NCBI GenBank assembly: GCA_021413905.1
Contig: JAIOPO010000001.1
Coordinates: forward strand, 73,159 to 137,158
Source of the DNA: Candidatus Nomurabacteria bacterium
GTDB taxonomy: Bacteria; Patescibacteriota; Minisyncoccia; Phycocordibacterales; UBA9973
Length of the DNA: 64,000 nt
Reading direction: 5' to 3'
A model generated the notes under the pieces. That model was not told the origin of the DNA. It saw only the letters and a program-made list of their open reading frames with translations, and did no database searches. The position numbers and the translations under genes are program-made. Of this stretch, positions 16,654 through 25,242 are shown one piece after another (position 1 is the first letter of the stretch; every line of letters begins with the position of its first letter).

Positions 16654-18939
16654 ATGCAAAAAATACAATCGGCTGAAAAAGCCAAAGGAGGTTCTCTTTA
16701 TATCTCCGACAATGAAAAACGAGACATCATAAAATACTTGGAGGCAGGAAAACCCCTCCCAGAAAAATATCGCTTTTTACTTTTTAAGGATGACCGTGAG
16801 GTCGAGCTTGTTTGGAATGGAAAAACAAACGAAGTTACGAACGTGGTCCTGCCGTTTCAAGTCATTGAACAAATTGATGAGCCACGAGAAGGCAAAGAGT
16901 TTGGCGATGGTGGAACACTTTTTGATACATCAGGAAAACAAATAACAGGCTGGACCAACAAGCTTATCTGGGGCGACAATAAGCTCATTCTTTCGTCTCT
17001 GAAAAATGGACCTCTCCGAAAGGAAATCGAGGCACAGGGTGGCTTGAAGCTAATTTACATCGACCCGCCTTTTGACGTAGGTGCTGATTTTTCTATGGAC
17101 ATTACGATTGGTGACGACGACGAAGGAGAAAACTTCACGAAGAAACCTTCAGTAATTGAAGAAATCGCTTACAGAGACACTTGGGGTAAAGGAGCTGATA
17201 GCTTTATTTCAATGATATATGAGCGTTTGAAAATAATGTACGATTTACTCGCAGAAGATGCGAGTATCTATGTCCACTGCGACTGGAGAGTGAACGGCTA
17301 TATGAGACTGATTTTGGATGAAGTTTTTGGTAAGGATAATTTTCAAAACGAAATTGTTTGGCAAAGATTTGGTGCTCACAATGATGGAAAAAAATATGGT
17401 GTTGTCACAGATACAATTTTCTATTACAGCAAATCTTCTTCAAGGATTTACAACCAACAAACTGAACCGTACACAGAGGAATACATAAAAGAAAGATTTA
17501 CGATGCAAGACCCCGATGGTCGCCGTTTTTATCCTAACGTTATGACAGGAAAAGGCTCTGGACCTGCAAGAATATTTCGTGGTGTTTTGCTTACTCCTTC
17601 AAAAGGACGACACTGGACATATACCCAAGACGGAATTGACGAGCTTGAAAAACAAAATCGGATTTACTATACAAAAGAAGGAACCCCGTGCTTAAAGCAG
17701 TACTTGGATGAATACCTCGGTAGACCAGTTCAAAACTTATGGAGTGATATTTTTATGACAAAAAGTGGCTCTGAGCTTCTAGGTTACCCGACCCAGAAAC
17801 CTGAGGAGCTACTTACTAGAATAATAAAAACTTCAACTAACGAAGGTGACCTAGTCGCTGATTTTTTCTGTGGTTCAGGAACGACACTTGCCGTTTCAGA
17901 AAAACTTGGCAGAAAATGGGTCGGCTCGGACTTGGGTAAGTTTGGAATACACACTTCACGCAAACGATTGATTGGGGTACAACGTGAGCTTAAAAAACAA
18001 GGAAAAGATTTCAGAGCTTTTGAGATACTCAATGTGGGTAAATATGAAAGAGAGAGCTTCTTAGGAACAAATGATAATTTACGAGCTGAGGAGAAAATTA
18101 AACAAGCAGAAAGAAAAGAACGAGATTTTATAAATCTTATTTTGTCCGCATATAAAGCTGAACCCGTCGAGTCATTCATAAACGTTGTCGGTAAAAAGCG
18201 TGACCGACTCGTCGCCATCGGTCCTATCAATCTGCCCGTGTCGTCCAAGTTCATTCAAGAAATTGTGGCTGAGTGTCGAGAAAAAGGACTTTCAAAAATC
18301 GACGTGCTCGGCTTCGATTACGAAATGGGAATGAACTTTGAAGAATACAAAGACGACGGTATTGACGTTGCATTCAAAATCATTCCCCGTGAAGTATTTG
18401 ATAAGCGAGCAGTTGAACGAGGTCAGGTTAATTTCTATGACGTTGCATATATCAACGTGAAGCCGATAACGCAAGGTAGAGGTAATATAAAAGAACTCTC
18501 AATCGAGCTCACAGATTTTTCTGTTTTCTACAATCAAGATACTGGTGCAATCGACGAAGAACTAAAAGGTGGTAGGTCCAAAGTGATTGTTGAAAATGGT
18601 CAGGTTATAAAAGTCACAAAAGACAAAGATACTGACATCGTTTCAAGAGAAATCCTTACGAAAAAATGGAGCGACTGGATTGATTACTGGGCGGTGGACT
18701 ATGACTTCGCCAATCGAAAAGAAATCATCAAAGTATTGGAGGGCGATGTTGAAAAAGAAGTATGGACGGGCGACTATATTTTTGACAACGAGTGGCAGAG
18801 CTTCCGAACAAAGAAAAATCGAAATCTTGAGTTTGTGTCTGCACCAAAAGAATTACAAAAAGGAGAATACAAAGTTGCGGTAAAGGTCGTCGATATTTTC
18901 GGCAATGACACTACCAGAGTAATTGACGTGAAAATATAA
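16654..18939 (+). CDS. mod: Type III R-M methyltransferase (Mod subunit)
   Basis: LIWGDN, IYIDPPF, YPTQKPEELL, DFFCGSGTT; ATG at 16654 preferred over TTG at 16618. Confidence 0.92.
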   Translation: MQKIQSAEKAKGGSLYISDNEKRDIIKYLEAGKPLPEKYRFLLFKDDREVELVWNGKTNEVTNVVLPFQVIEQIDEPREGKEFGDGGTLFDTSGKQITGWTNKLIWGDNKLILSSLKNGPLRKEIEAQGGLKLIYIDPPFDVGADFSMDITIGDDDEGENFTKKPSVIEEIAYRDTWGKGADSFISMIYERLKIMYDLLAEDASIYVHCDWRVNGYMRLILDEVFGKDNFQNEIVWQRFGAHNDGKKYGVVTDTIFYYSKSSSRIYNQQTEPYTEEYIKERFTMQDPDGRRFYPNVMTGKGSGPARIFRGVLLTPSKGRHWTYTQDGIDELEKQNRIYYTKEGTPCLKQYLDEYLGRPVQNLWSDIFMTKSGSELLGYPTQKPEELLTRIIKTSTNEGDLVADFFCGSGTTLAVSEKLGRKWVGSDLGKFGIHTSRKRLIGVQRELKKQGKDFRAFEILNVGKYERESFLGTNDNLRAEEKIKQAERKERDFINLILSAYKAEPVESFINVVGKKRDRLVAIGPINLPVSSKFIQEIVAECREKGLSKIDVLGFDYEMGMNFEEYKDDGIDVAFKIIPREVFDKRAVERGQVNFYDVAYINVKPITQGRGNIKELSIELTDFSVFYNQDTGAIDEELKGGRSKVIVENGQVIKVTKDKDTDIVSREILTKKWSDWIDYWAVDYDFANRKEIIKVLEGDVEKEVWTGDYIFDNEWQSFRTKKNRNLEFVSAPKELQKGEYKVAVKVVDIFGNDTTRVIDVKI

Positions 18940-18942
18940 CAT

Positions 18943-21627
18943 ATGGCACTACACAAAGATTTTCCACGGGACCCATACGCAATACTCAATCCTGAAATCA
19001 GGTGGTTTCCTGCCGACGAGGACCTTCGAGAAAAAGGATTTGAAAAGCTTATTCCACCTCTCGTTGCTGAACTCCGTAAAAAAGTGAAAGAATGGCGAGA
19101 CGAAAATTACGAAGGAGCAAGTGAGACATCGAAGACGCTTCTGACGTGGTGGTTCAAAGAAGAACACATCCTCTACAACAAGGACGGCTCGTCATACCCA
19201 TTCAGGTACTACTTCTCGCAAAGAGAGGCTCTGGAGACGGTTGTGTGGCTCTACGAGGTCGCTAAAGTGAAGGATAAGTACGACTTGATACGCTACAATT
19301 CGACGGGCGTTCTCAGTCCTCAAATGTTTACTGAAGAATGGCTCCGATTTGTCATAAAAATGGCGACAGGGGCGGGCAAAACGAAAGTGATGAGTTTGGT
19401 GATTGCGTGGGCTTATTTCCATAAACTTTACGAAGCAGACTCACGCCTCGCAAAAAACTTTTTACTGATTGCTCCGAACGTTATCGTTTTTGAGAGAATA
19501 AAAAATGACTTTGAGGGAAACAAGATATTTTTCTTGGACCCTGTGCTACCTGACAACGGATATATGGGGCAGAATTGGCAGGATGACTTTCAGGTCACTC
19601 TGCATCTTCAGGACGAACTCAGAAATGTATCCGATACAGGAAACATCTTTCTCACCAACATCCATCGAGTTTTTGAAAGTGATGTTCAGGATTTCAGTGC
19701 TGAAGATGAAGATAGTTCAGGATACTTTCTTGGTGACAAGCCTGTATCCAAAACAAGCGACTCGATGGTGGACTTGGGAATGGTCATCCGTGACATCGAC
19801 GAACTCATCGTTATCAACGACGAAGCACATCACATTCACGAAGAAAATGCGTGGCTTAAATCTATCCGTGACATCGACAACAAACTAAAACAGAAAGGTG
19901 GTGGGCTTGCTCTGCAACTGGACGTTACAGCAACACCAAAGAAAAAAGACGGGTCCATTTTCGTGCAGACGATTTCAGACTATCCTTTGGTCGAGGCAAT
20001 CCACCAGCGAGTAGTCAAAAATCCAGTCGTCCCAGACGAAGCGAGTCGTGGCAAATTGAAGCCGAACCAGAGCACGCTTTTCAGCGAAAAATACAGAGAT
20101 TACATCAATCTTGGTGTTGAGGAATGGAAGAAAACATACGTACAGCTTGAGCCGACTGGAAAGAAATCTCTGCTTTTCATAATGACTGACGACACAAAAA
20201 ACTGTGACGAGGTTGCTGAGTATTTGGAAACGAGCTTTGCTGATTTGAAAGGGGCGGTCCTTGTCATTCACACAAATCAAAGTGGAGAAATATCTGAGAG
20301 CACTTCGGGTAAGAAAAAAGAGGAACTTGAACAGCTCCGAAAACAAGCAAATGACATCGACAGTTGGGATAGTCCGTACAAAGCTATCGTCTCCGTTATG
20401 ATGCTCAAAGAAGGTTGGGATGTGAAGAACGTCACCACTATTGTCGGATTGCGTCCTTATGCTTCCGACTCAAAAATCCTCCCAGAACAGACGCTCGGAC
20501 GAGGTTTACGAAGAATGTATTTCGGTAGGGACGATATTGATGAGTACGTCAGTGTCATTGGAACCCCTGCGTTTATGGACTTCGTTGAGTCAATCAAAGG
20601 CGAAGGTGTGCTCCTTGAAAAGCGACTTATGGGTGGCGGTTCAAAGCCGATTTCTCCAATGGTTATCGAAGTAGACAAGGAAAACGAAACGAAGGACATC
20701 GAAAAACTGGATATTGAAATCCCAGTAATGACGGCACGCATACAGCGAGAGTATAAAAATCTCGCAAACTTAGATGTATCGACTTTCGGTAATCAAAAAG
20801 CAAAAGTAAAAACTTTCAGTGAGCAAGAAAAGCGAGAAATCGTTTTCAAAGATGTTGTGGCTGAGGAGGTTCATCACACGACCATTCTCACTGGCGACAT
20901 CGAGCCGAACTATCAGAGCGTTGTCGGCTTCTTCGCTCAGGCAATTATGCGTGAGATGCGATTGTTCGGTTGCTACGACATTTTGTTCGGGAAAGTGAAG
21001 GACTTTGTTGAAAATCATATGTTTGAAAGTAACGTGCAACTCACTGACTTGAATGTCCTTCGTAATCTATCAGAAGTTGAGTACATAAAGCTCATCAAAG
21101 ATGAGTTCAAAAAAGCTATTAACGAACTCACGGTGCAAGACAAGGGAGACACCGAAATCAAGAACTACATCAAGGTGAGCGATGCCCGACCTTTCGTGGT
21201 AAACGACAAGTCATTCCTTATTCCACACAAATCCGTGTTCAACAAAATCGTCGGTGACAGCAATCTTGAGCTTGAGTTTTCTGCCTTTCTTGAAAAATGC
21301 GATGATATTATTTCATACGCAAAAAACTTCCAAAACAAGGAGGCAAACGCCCTTCGTATTGAATACAAGAACAGCGATGGCTTCATCGCTACGTATTATC
21401 CCGATTTCTTCGTGAAGAAAAATGATAAGGAGGTCTTTATCGTTGAAACAAAAGGCAGAGAGGAGGAAGACGATAAAATAAAGTTCGAGCGATTGAAAAA
21501 GTGGTGTGCGGATGTGAACGAACGCCAAAGTCGAGTCGTTTACAAAGCATTATATGTTCAGCAAGAAGACTACGAAAAAAATACAGCCAAAAACTTCGAT
21601 GAACTCGTACGGCTCTTTAGTAAATAG
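18943..21627 (+). CDS. res: Type III restriction endonuclease (Res subunit)
   Basis: MATGAGKT, NDEAHH, TAT, LKEGWD, EQTLGRGLR, and C-terminal YYPDFF...IVETKG nuclease motif. Confidence 0.92.
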   Translation: MALHKDFPRDPYAILNPEIRWFPADEDLREKGFEKLIPPLVAELRKKVKEWRDENYEGASETSKTLLTWWFKEEHILYNKDGSSYPFRYYFSQREALETVVWLYEVAKVKDKYDLIRYNSTGVLSPQMFTEEWLRFVIKMATGAGKTKVMSLVIAWAYFHKLYEADSRLAKNFLLIAPNVIVFERIKNDFEGNKIFFLDPVLPDNGYMGQNWQDDFQVTLHLQDELRNVSDTGNIFLTNIHRVFESDVQDFSAEDEDSSGYFLGDKPVSKTSDSMVDLGMVIRDIDELIVINDEAHHIHEENAWLKSIRDIDNKLKQKGGGLALQLDVTATPKKKDGSIFVQTISDYPLVEAIHQRVVKNPVVPDEASRGKLKPNQSTLFSEKYRDYINLGVEEWKKTYVQLEPTGKKSLLFIMTDDTKNCDEVAEYLETSFADLKGAVLVIHTNQSGEISESTSGKKKEELEQLRKQANDIDSWDSPYKAIVSVMMLKEGWDVKNVTTIVGLRPYASDSKILPEQTLGRGLRRMYFGRDDIDEYVSVIGTPAFMDFVESIKGEGVLLEKRLMGGGSKPISPMVIEVDKENETKDIEKLDIEIPVMTARIQREYKNLANLDVSTFGNQKAKVKTFSEQEKREIVFKDVVAEEVHHTTILTGDIEPNYQSVVGFFAQAIMREMRLFGCYDILFGKVKDFVENHMFESNVQLTDLNVLRNLSEVEYIKLIKDEFKKAINELTVQDKGDTEIKNYIKVSDARPFVVNDKSFLIPHKSVFNKIVGDSNLELEFSAFLEKCDDIISYAKNFQNKEANALRIEYKNSDGFIATYYPDFFVKKNDKEVFIVETKGREEEDDKIKFERLKKWCADVNERQSRVVYKALYVQQEDYEKNTAKNFDELVRLFSK

Positions 21628-21660
21628 TAAATCTGGTGAACTTGTGAACATTGTGACTAT

Positions 21661-21843
21661 ATGGAGCTCTCACAGAACGCACGGGACGACCTCAGAAAGG
21701 TCCTCGTAAATGACATCGGTCCCAAAGCCACGAGCGATATGACTGAGGAGGACTTGGACCACATCGGGTCCTTATTACTGACGGTACTAGCCGAGAGCTT
21801 GAAAATGAAAGCGAATGAAGCAATCAGAACTCAGAAAAAATAG
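21661..21843 (+). CDS. Small hypothetical protein
   Basis: 60-aa helical ORF preceded by GTGAAC repeats. Confidence 0.6.
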   Translation: MELSQNARDDLRKVLVNDIGPKATSDMTEEDLDHIGSLLLTVLAESLKMKANEAIRTQKK

Positions 21844-21929
21844 TGACTGGACGGAGGATGAAAAAAGAAATATAGTTGGTTTCTTCGCCTTGCTTTTTAA
21901 GGTTGATAGACGTGTAAATCCACACCTAT

Positions 21930-22529
21930 ATGAAAAAAACAAAAATAGTAATAGACGAGGAAAGAAAGCTCAGAAACATCACTGACTATGTTTTTGATTG
22001 CACTAGCCGTCTCTACGAGCACGCTGATTTGCTTTTGTATCTAGGTAAACATAAAGATGATTTTGTGGAGCCTGTCTCAAAAAATAGTATGTCGATTATT
22101 GTCTCAATTTTCGATGTGTACTCACGAGACGCAATAATAATGCTGAATATCCTTATTGATAAGGACGACAGAACCTCGTCTCTCACGACTCTCGTCAATC
22201 ACGTTACGGACCCGAAGAAACACAAGCGATACCTCGCTCGACTAAAGAAGCTAAAAGCTGAGTTGAACGGGCTTGTTCAAGCGAGAGCAAATCAAGTTGC
22301 TCATTTCAACACCCACAACAACATTCACGAAAATGGATTTATGCAGGTCAATCAAATAATTCAACTCGACCCACGATATTTGAAGCGAATAACGAAGAAA
22401 ATTGAAAACCTGATGTTTGACCTAAAAGAAGAACTCTCCATCGACGGTGCCTTTATTTTTCATAAAGGCGAGCGTCTCGCTCATTCATTTGCTCGACTTA
22501 TCGGTAAGCCGATTAAGCTGAAACCATAA
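21930..22529 (+). CDS. HEPN-domain protein (AbiU2-like)
   Basis: All-helical; R-x5-H motif ARANQVAH; LxxLxD...SL pattern. Confidence 0.65.
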   Translation: MKKTKIVIDEERKLRNITDYVFDCTSRLYEHADLLLYLGKHKDDFVEPVSKNSMSIIVSIFDVYSRDAIIMLNILIDKDDRTSSLTTLVNHVTDPKKHKRYLARLKKLKAELNGLVQARANQVAHFNTHNNIHENGFMQVNQIIQLDPRYLKRITKKIENLMFDLKEELSIDGAFIFHKGERLAHSFARLIGKPIKLKP

Positions 22530-22598
22530 GAGCATTGAGATTTTCTACAGCTAAAGCTATATATTCTCGCTTGTTTACCAGTTCTGAAAGCCATACAA

Positions 22599-22607
22599 TA
22601 GGGTCAC
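22599..22607 (+). repeat. attR core
   Basis: TAGGGTCAC followed by CA, giving the tRNA 3' end ...GGTCA-CCA. Confidence 0.85.
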
Positions 22608-22675
22608 CAATTCGTGCTAGCTCGAGAAGCATACAAAAATAGCCTAATTTGAATATGATGTGTTGATATTTATTT

Positions 22676-24169
22676 ATGAACTTTATAAACCTATTATCAA
22701 TATTAGAATCAAAAAATAATTTATCAGATGATTTATTTAATAAGTACTTAGAATACCTAAACGTCAATCTTAAAGATAATGAAAAAGAAGATCTATTAAA
22801 ATTCATAGGAAAGTTATTTGGAGAGTGTCAAATTCCAAATATTTTTGATGGGTACTATATTGGATATAAAATACCGCAGATATCCAAAGAGTTTGATTTA
22901 TTGAAAATCACAGAAAATTCAATTATTAATATTGAATTAAAATCTGGCGCAAGTAATGAAAGTATTAAAAATCAATTAATTAAAAACAGATACTATCTTG
23001 GTTCTCTCCAGAAAGATAATATTTACAATATTGCATATCAATCGAATGAGGATAAGCTTTATATTCTTACTGAGAAGAAAGAATTGGAGGAGTTGGACGT
23101 GGTAGATATGTCAAGAATATTACTATTAGAACCTCCCCTGGAAGTCAATTTAGATTCACTATTTGACCCTTCTGAATTTCTTGTATCACCCTTTAATAAT
23201 ACTGATAGATTTATTAAAGGTGAGTATTTTTTGACAAACCACCAAAAAGAAATTAAGGAGTCTATCGTCAAAATAATTGAGGATAATAAATATGGTGCTT
23301 GTGCTATCTCTGGTAAAGCAGGAACAGGAAAAACTTTACTTGTATATGATATTGTCAAAGAAATGTCACTTAAAAAAAAGGTACTAATAGTACATTGTGG
23401 GAAATTAAGTGACGGACATGAAAAGTTGAGAGATAGACACGAAATAGATTTAATTCCGATAAAATTTTTTTCAGCAGAAAAATTTAGTAAAAAATACAAT
23501 TTAATTATTTTTGACGAAGCTCAAAGAATACGTTCGAAGCAATTGAAGGTAATTTTGGAAAATAAAGAAAAGTCCAATTACTTATTTAGTTATGATAAAA
23601 CACAAACATTAAGTCACCAGGACGGTAAGTATGGTAGCAGGTCTGCGGCTGAGTTATTTGAAGGGATAAAAAATCATTTTAATTTAACTGAAAATATAAG
23701 AAGTAATGCAGAAATATCTTCTTTTATTAAAAGATTTGTTGATAAAAAAGATAATGTATCTCAAAGAAAATATAAAAATATTACAATACAAAATTTTGAA
23801 AAAATTGATTGTGTTGAAGATTATGTAAGTAATCTTGAAGATTGTGGATGGGTGTACATAAGTTATACAAATCTTTTGTACGGAAACTCAATTTACCAGA
23901 CATACAATATTAATTCCAAAACTCCCAAAAATGCCCATGATGTTATCGGACAAGAATTCGATAAAGTCGTTGTGATTGTAGGAGAAAAATTTGCATATAA
24001 AGAAACTGGCGAACTAACTCATCAAGTAACAAATGGCCCTCACTTGCCACACAAGATGCTTTTTCAAGCCATGACAAGAGTGAGAAAAGAACTTAAAATA
24101 GTTATAGTTAACAATCCCGAAATTCTAGAAAGATGTCTTGAGATATTAAGTTCACCTAAAAAAGTATAA
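22676..24169 (+). CDS. Nuclease-like N-terminus plus SF1 helicase (DUF2075/Schlafen group 3-like)
   Basis: EFDLLK...INIELKS; GKAGTGKT; IIFDEAQR; IGQEFDKV; QAMTRVRKEL. Confidence 0.8.
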   Translation: MNFINLLSILESKNNLSDDLFNKYLEYLNVNLKDNEKEDLLKFIGKLFGECQIPNIFDGYYIGYKIPQISKEFDLLKITENSIINIELKSGASNESIKNQLIKNRYYLGSLQKDNIYNIAYQSNEDKLYILTEKKELEELDVVDMSRILLLEPPLEVNLDSLFDPSEFLVSPFNNTDRFIKGEYFLTNHQKEIKESIVKIIEDNKYGACAISGKAGTGKTLLVYDIVKEMSLKKKVLIVHCGKLSDGHEKLRDRHEIDLIPIKFFSAEKFSKKYNLIIFDEAQRIRSKQLKVILENKEKSNYLFSYDKTQTLSHQDGKYGSRSAAELFEGIKNHFNLTENIRSNAEISSFIKRFVDKKDNVSQRKYKNITIQNFEKIDCVEDYVSNLEDCGWVYISYTNLLYGNSIYQTYNINSKTPKNAHDVIGQEFDKVVVIVGEKFAYKETGELTHQVTNGPHLPHKMLFQAMTRVRKELKIVIVNNPEILERCLEILSSPKKV

Positions 24170-24343
24170 AGAATATTTCTACTACAGTGTGTTATTTTTC
24201 ACTTACGCACAAGAAGAGTCGTTTTGCTTTATCAGAATTAGCCAAATCGACCTTGTATGGCAATGAATCAAACTAGTTCTATCTGCTGAACGCTCACAAA
24301 GTGAAACGTTCGTACGAGAAGCATATAATTAAGCATTTGAATA

Positions 24344-25180
24344 TTATAAAAACTGCTCTTTCTTTTCTATAGATTTTAAGTTTTCTTCAAAGTTTTCTAA
24401 TAAATCTAATGAATTTAAATCAATATTTTTGAATGCGCTGAAAGCGTCTTTTTCAGATATTTTGTGTGAAATAACACGTGCATTTAATGTCACCACTGAA
24501 AGCAATAAATCAATTGCTTTTTTATTAAAACTTTTATCTTTTTCTAAATTTACTGATTTTAAAAAGTTTTGAAATTTTGGGTTTGAGTATGATTCACTAA
24601 TAAATTCATCCACCGAACTTAAACCATAATAATTATCAATTTCTTCTTTGGAAATATTATTTAATACTGTTTGAAAAAGATGTCGATACTTATTATGTAT
24701 TGGTAACTTGTGGATAGTATTTTTTACTTCAGTGATTGCATAAATCATATTTACACCTGAGGAAATATCTGCACCTCTAAAAACATGATGGAAGAGTTCA
24801 TGAAGTATTGTTGCATAGAAATCTCCAATTTCTGCAACATTCGCATATGTACTATCTATTTGCAATGTTTTTCTTGATGCATTGTATTGTGCCATTGAAT
24901 GATAAAGTTCTCCTTCTTTTAAATCACCCAAGTAATCTATTGATTTAAAAATAACTTTAATATCTTTAAGATTATTTAACCCCTTAATTTTTGAAAAAAC
25001 TTTTTCAAAACCAGCATTAGTTTCAACAGATGATAGTTTATCTATTAACTCCTCTGCATTTTTTACATTTTCGATTCCTAGTATGAATTGTAGTGGTTCA
25101 TAAGGATTATTCTTTATTTCACTAAGAATTCTTTGTTTTTCAAGTCCTTTATTAAAATTGCTCCCATTTTCAAGATTCAT
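24344..25180 (-). CDS. HExxH zincin-like metallopeptidase domain protein
   Basis: TILHELFHH with downstream YGLSSVDEFISESYSNPKFQNFL. Confidence 0.65.
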   Translation of the reverse strand: MNLENGSNFNKGLEKQRILSEIKNNPYEPLQFILGIENVKNAEELIDKLSSVETNAGFEKVFSKIKGLNNLKDIKVIFKSIDYLGDLKEGELYHSMAQYNASRKTLQIDSTYANVAEIGDFYATILHELFHHVFRGADISSGVNMIYAITEVKNTIHKLPIHNKYRHLFQTVLNNISKEEIDNYYGLSSVDEFISESYSNPKFQNFLKSVNLEKDKSFNKKAIDLLLSVVTLNARVISHKISEKDAFSAFKNIDLNSLDLLENFEENLKSIEKKEQFL

Positions 25181-25210
25181 ACTTATATTTTATAATATTT
25201 TTGATAAAAT

Positions 25211-25240
25211 AAAAAGTGGTCTTTTTGGGACCACCTTTTT
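25211..25240 (-). terminator. Intrinsic terminator after sigma gene
   Basis: Minus strand GTGGTC-CCAAAAA-GACCAC-TTTTT. Confidence 0.65.
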
Positions 25241-25242
25241 AA

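Larger units (their letters stand above)
8775..22607. mobile_element. 13.8-kb integrative element (satellite/IME-like) at tRNA-Glu
   Basis: Direct repeat TAGGGTCAC at 8775-8783 and 22599-22607; serine recombinase, P-loop replication protein, HTH, R-M cargo; composition shift to higher GC coincides with these ends. Confidence 0.9.

Noticed and set aside
22513-22806. 97-aa minus-strand ORF spanning attR
   Set aside because: Its N-terminal part is antisense to the helicase gene and lies outside the element; only the last 28 codons make sense, as the displaced recombinase tail
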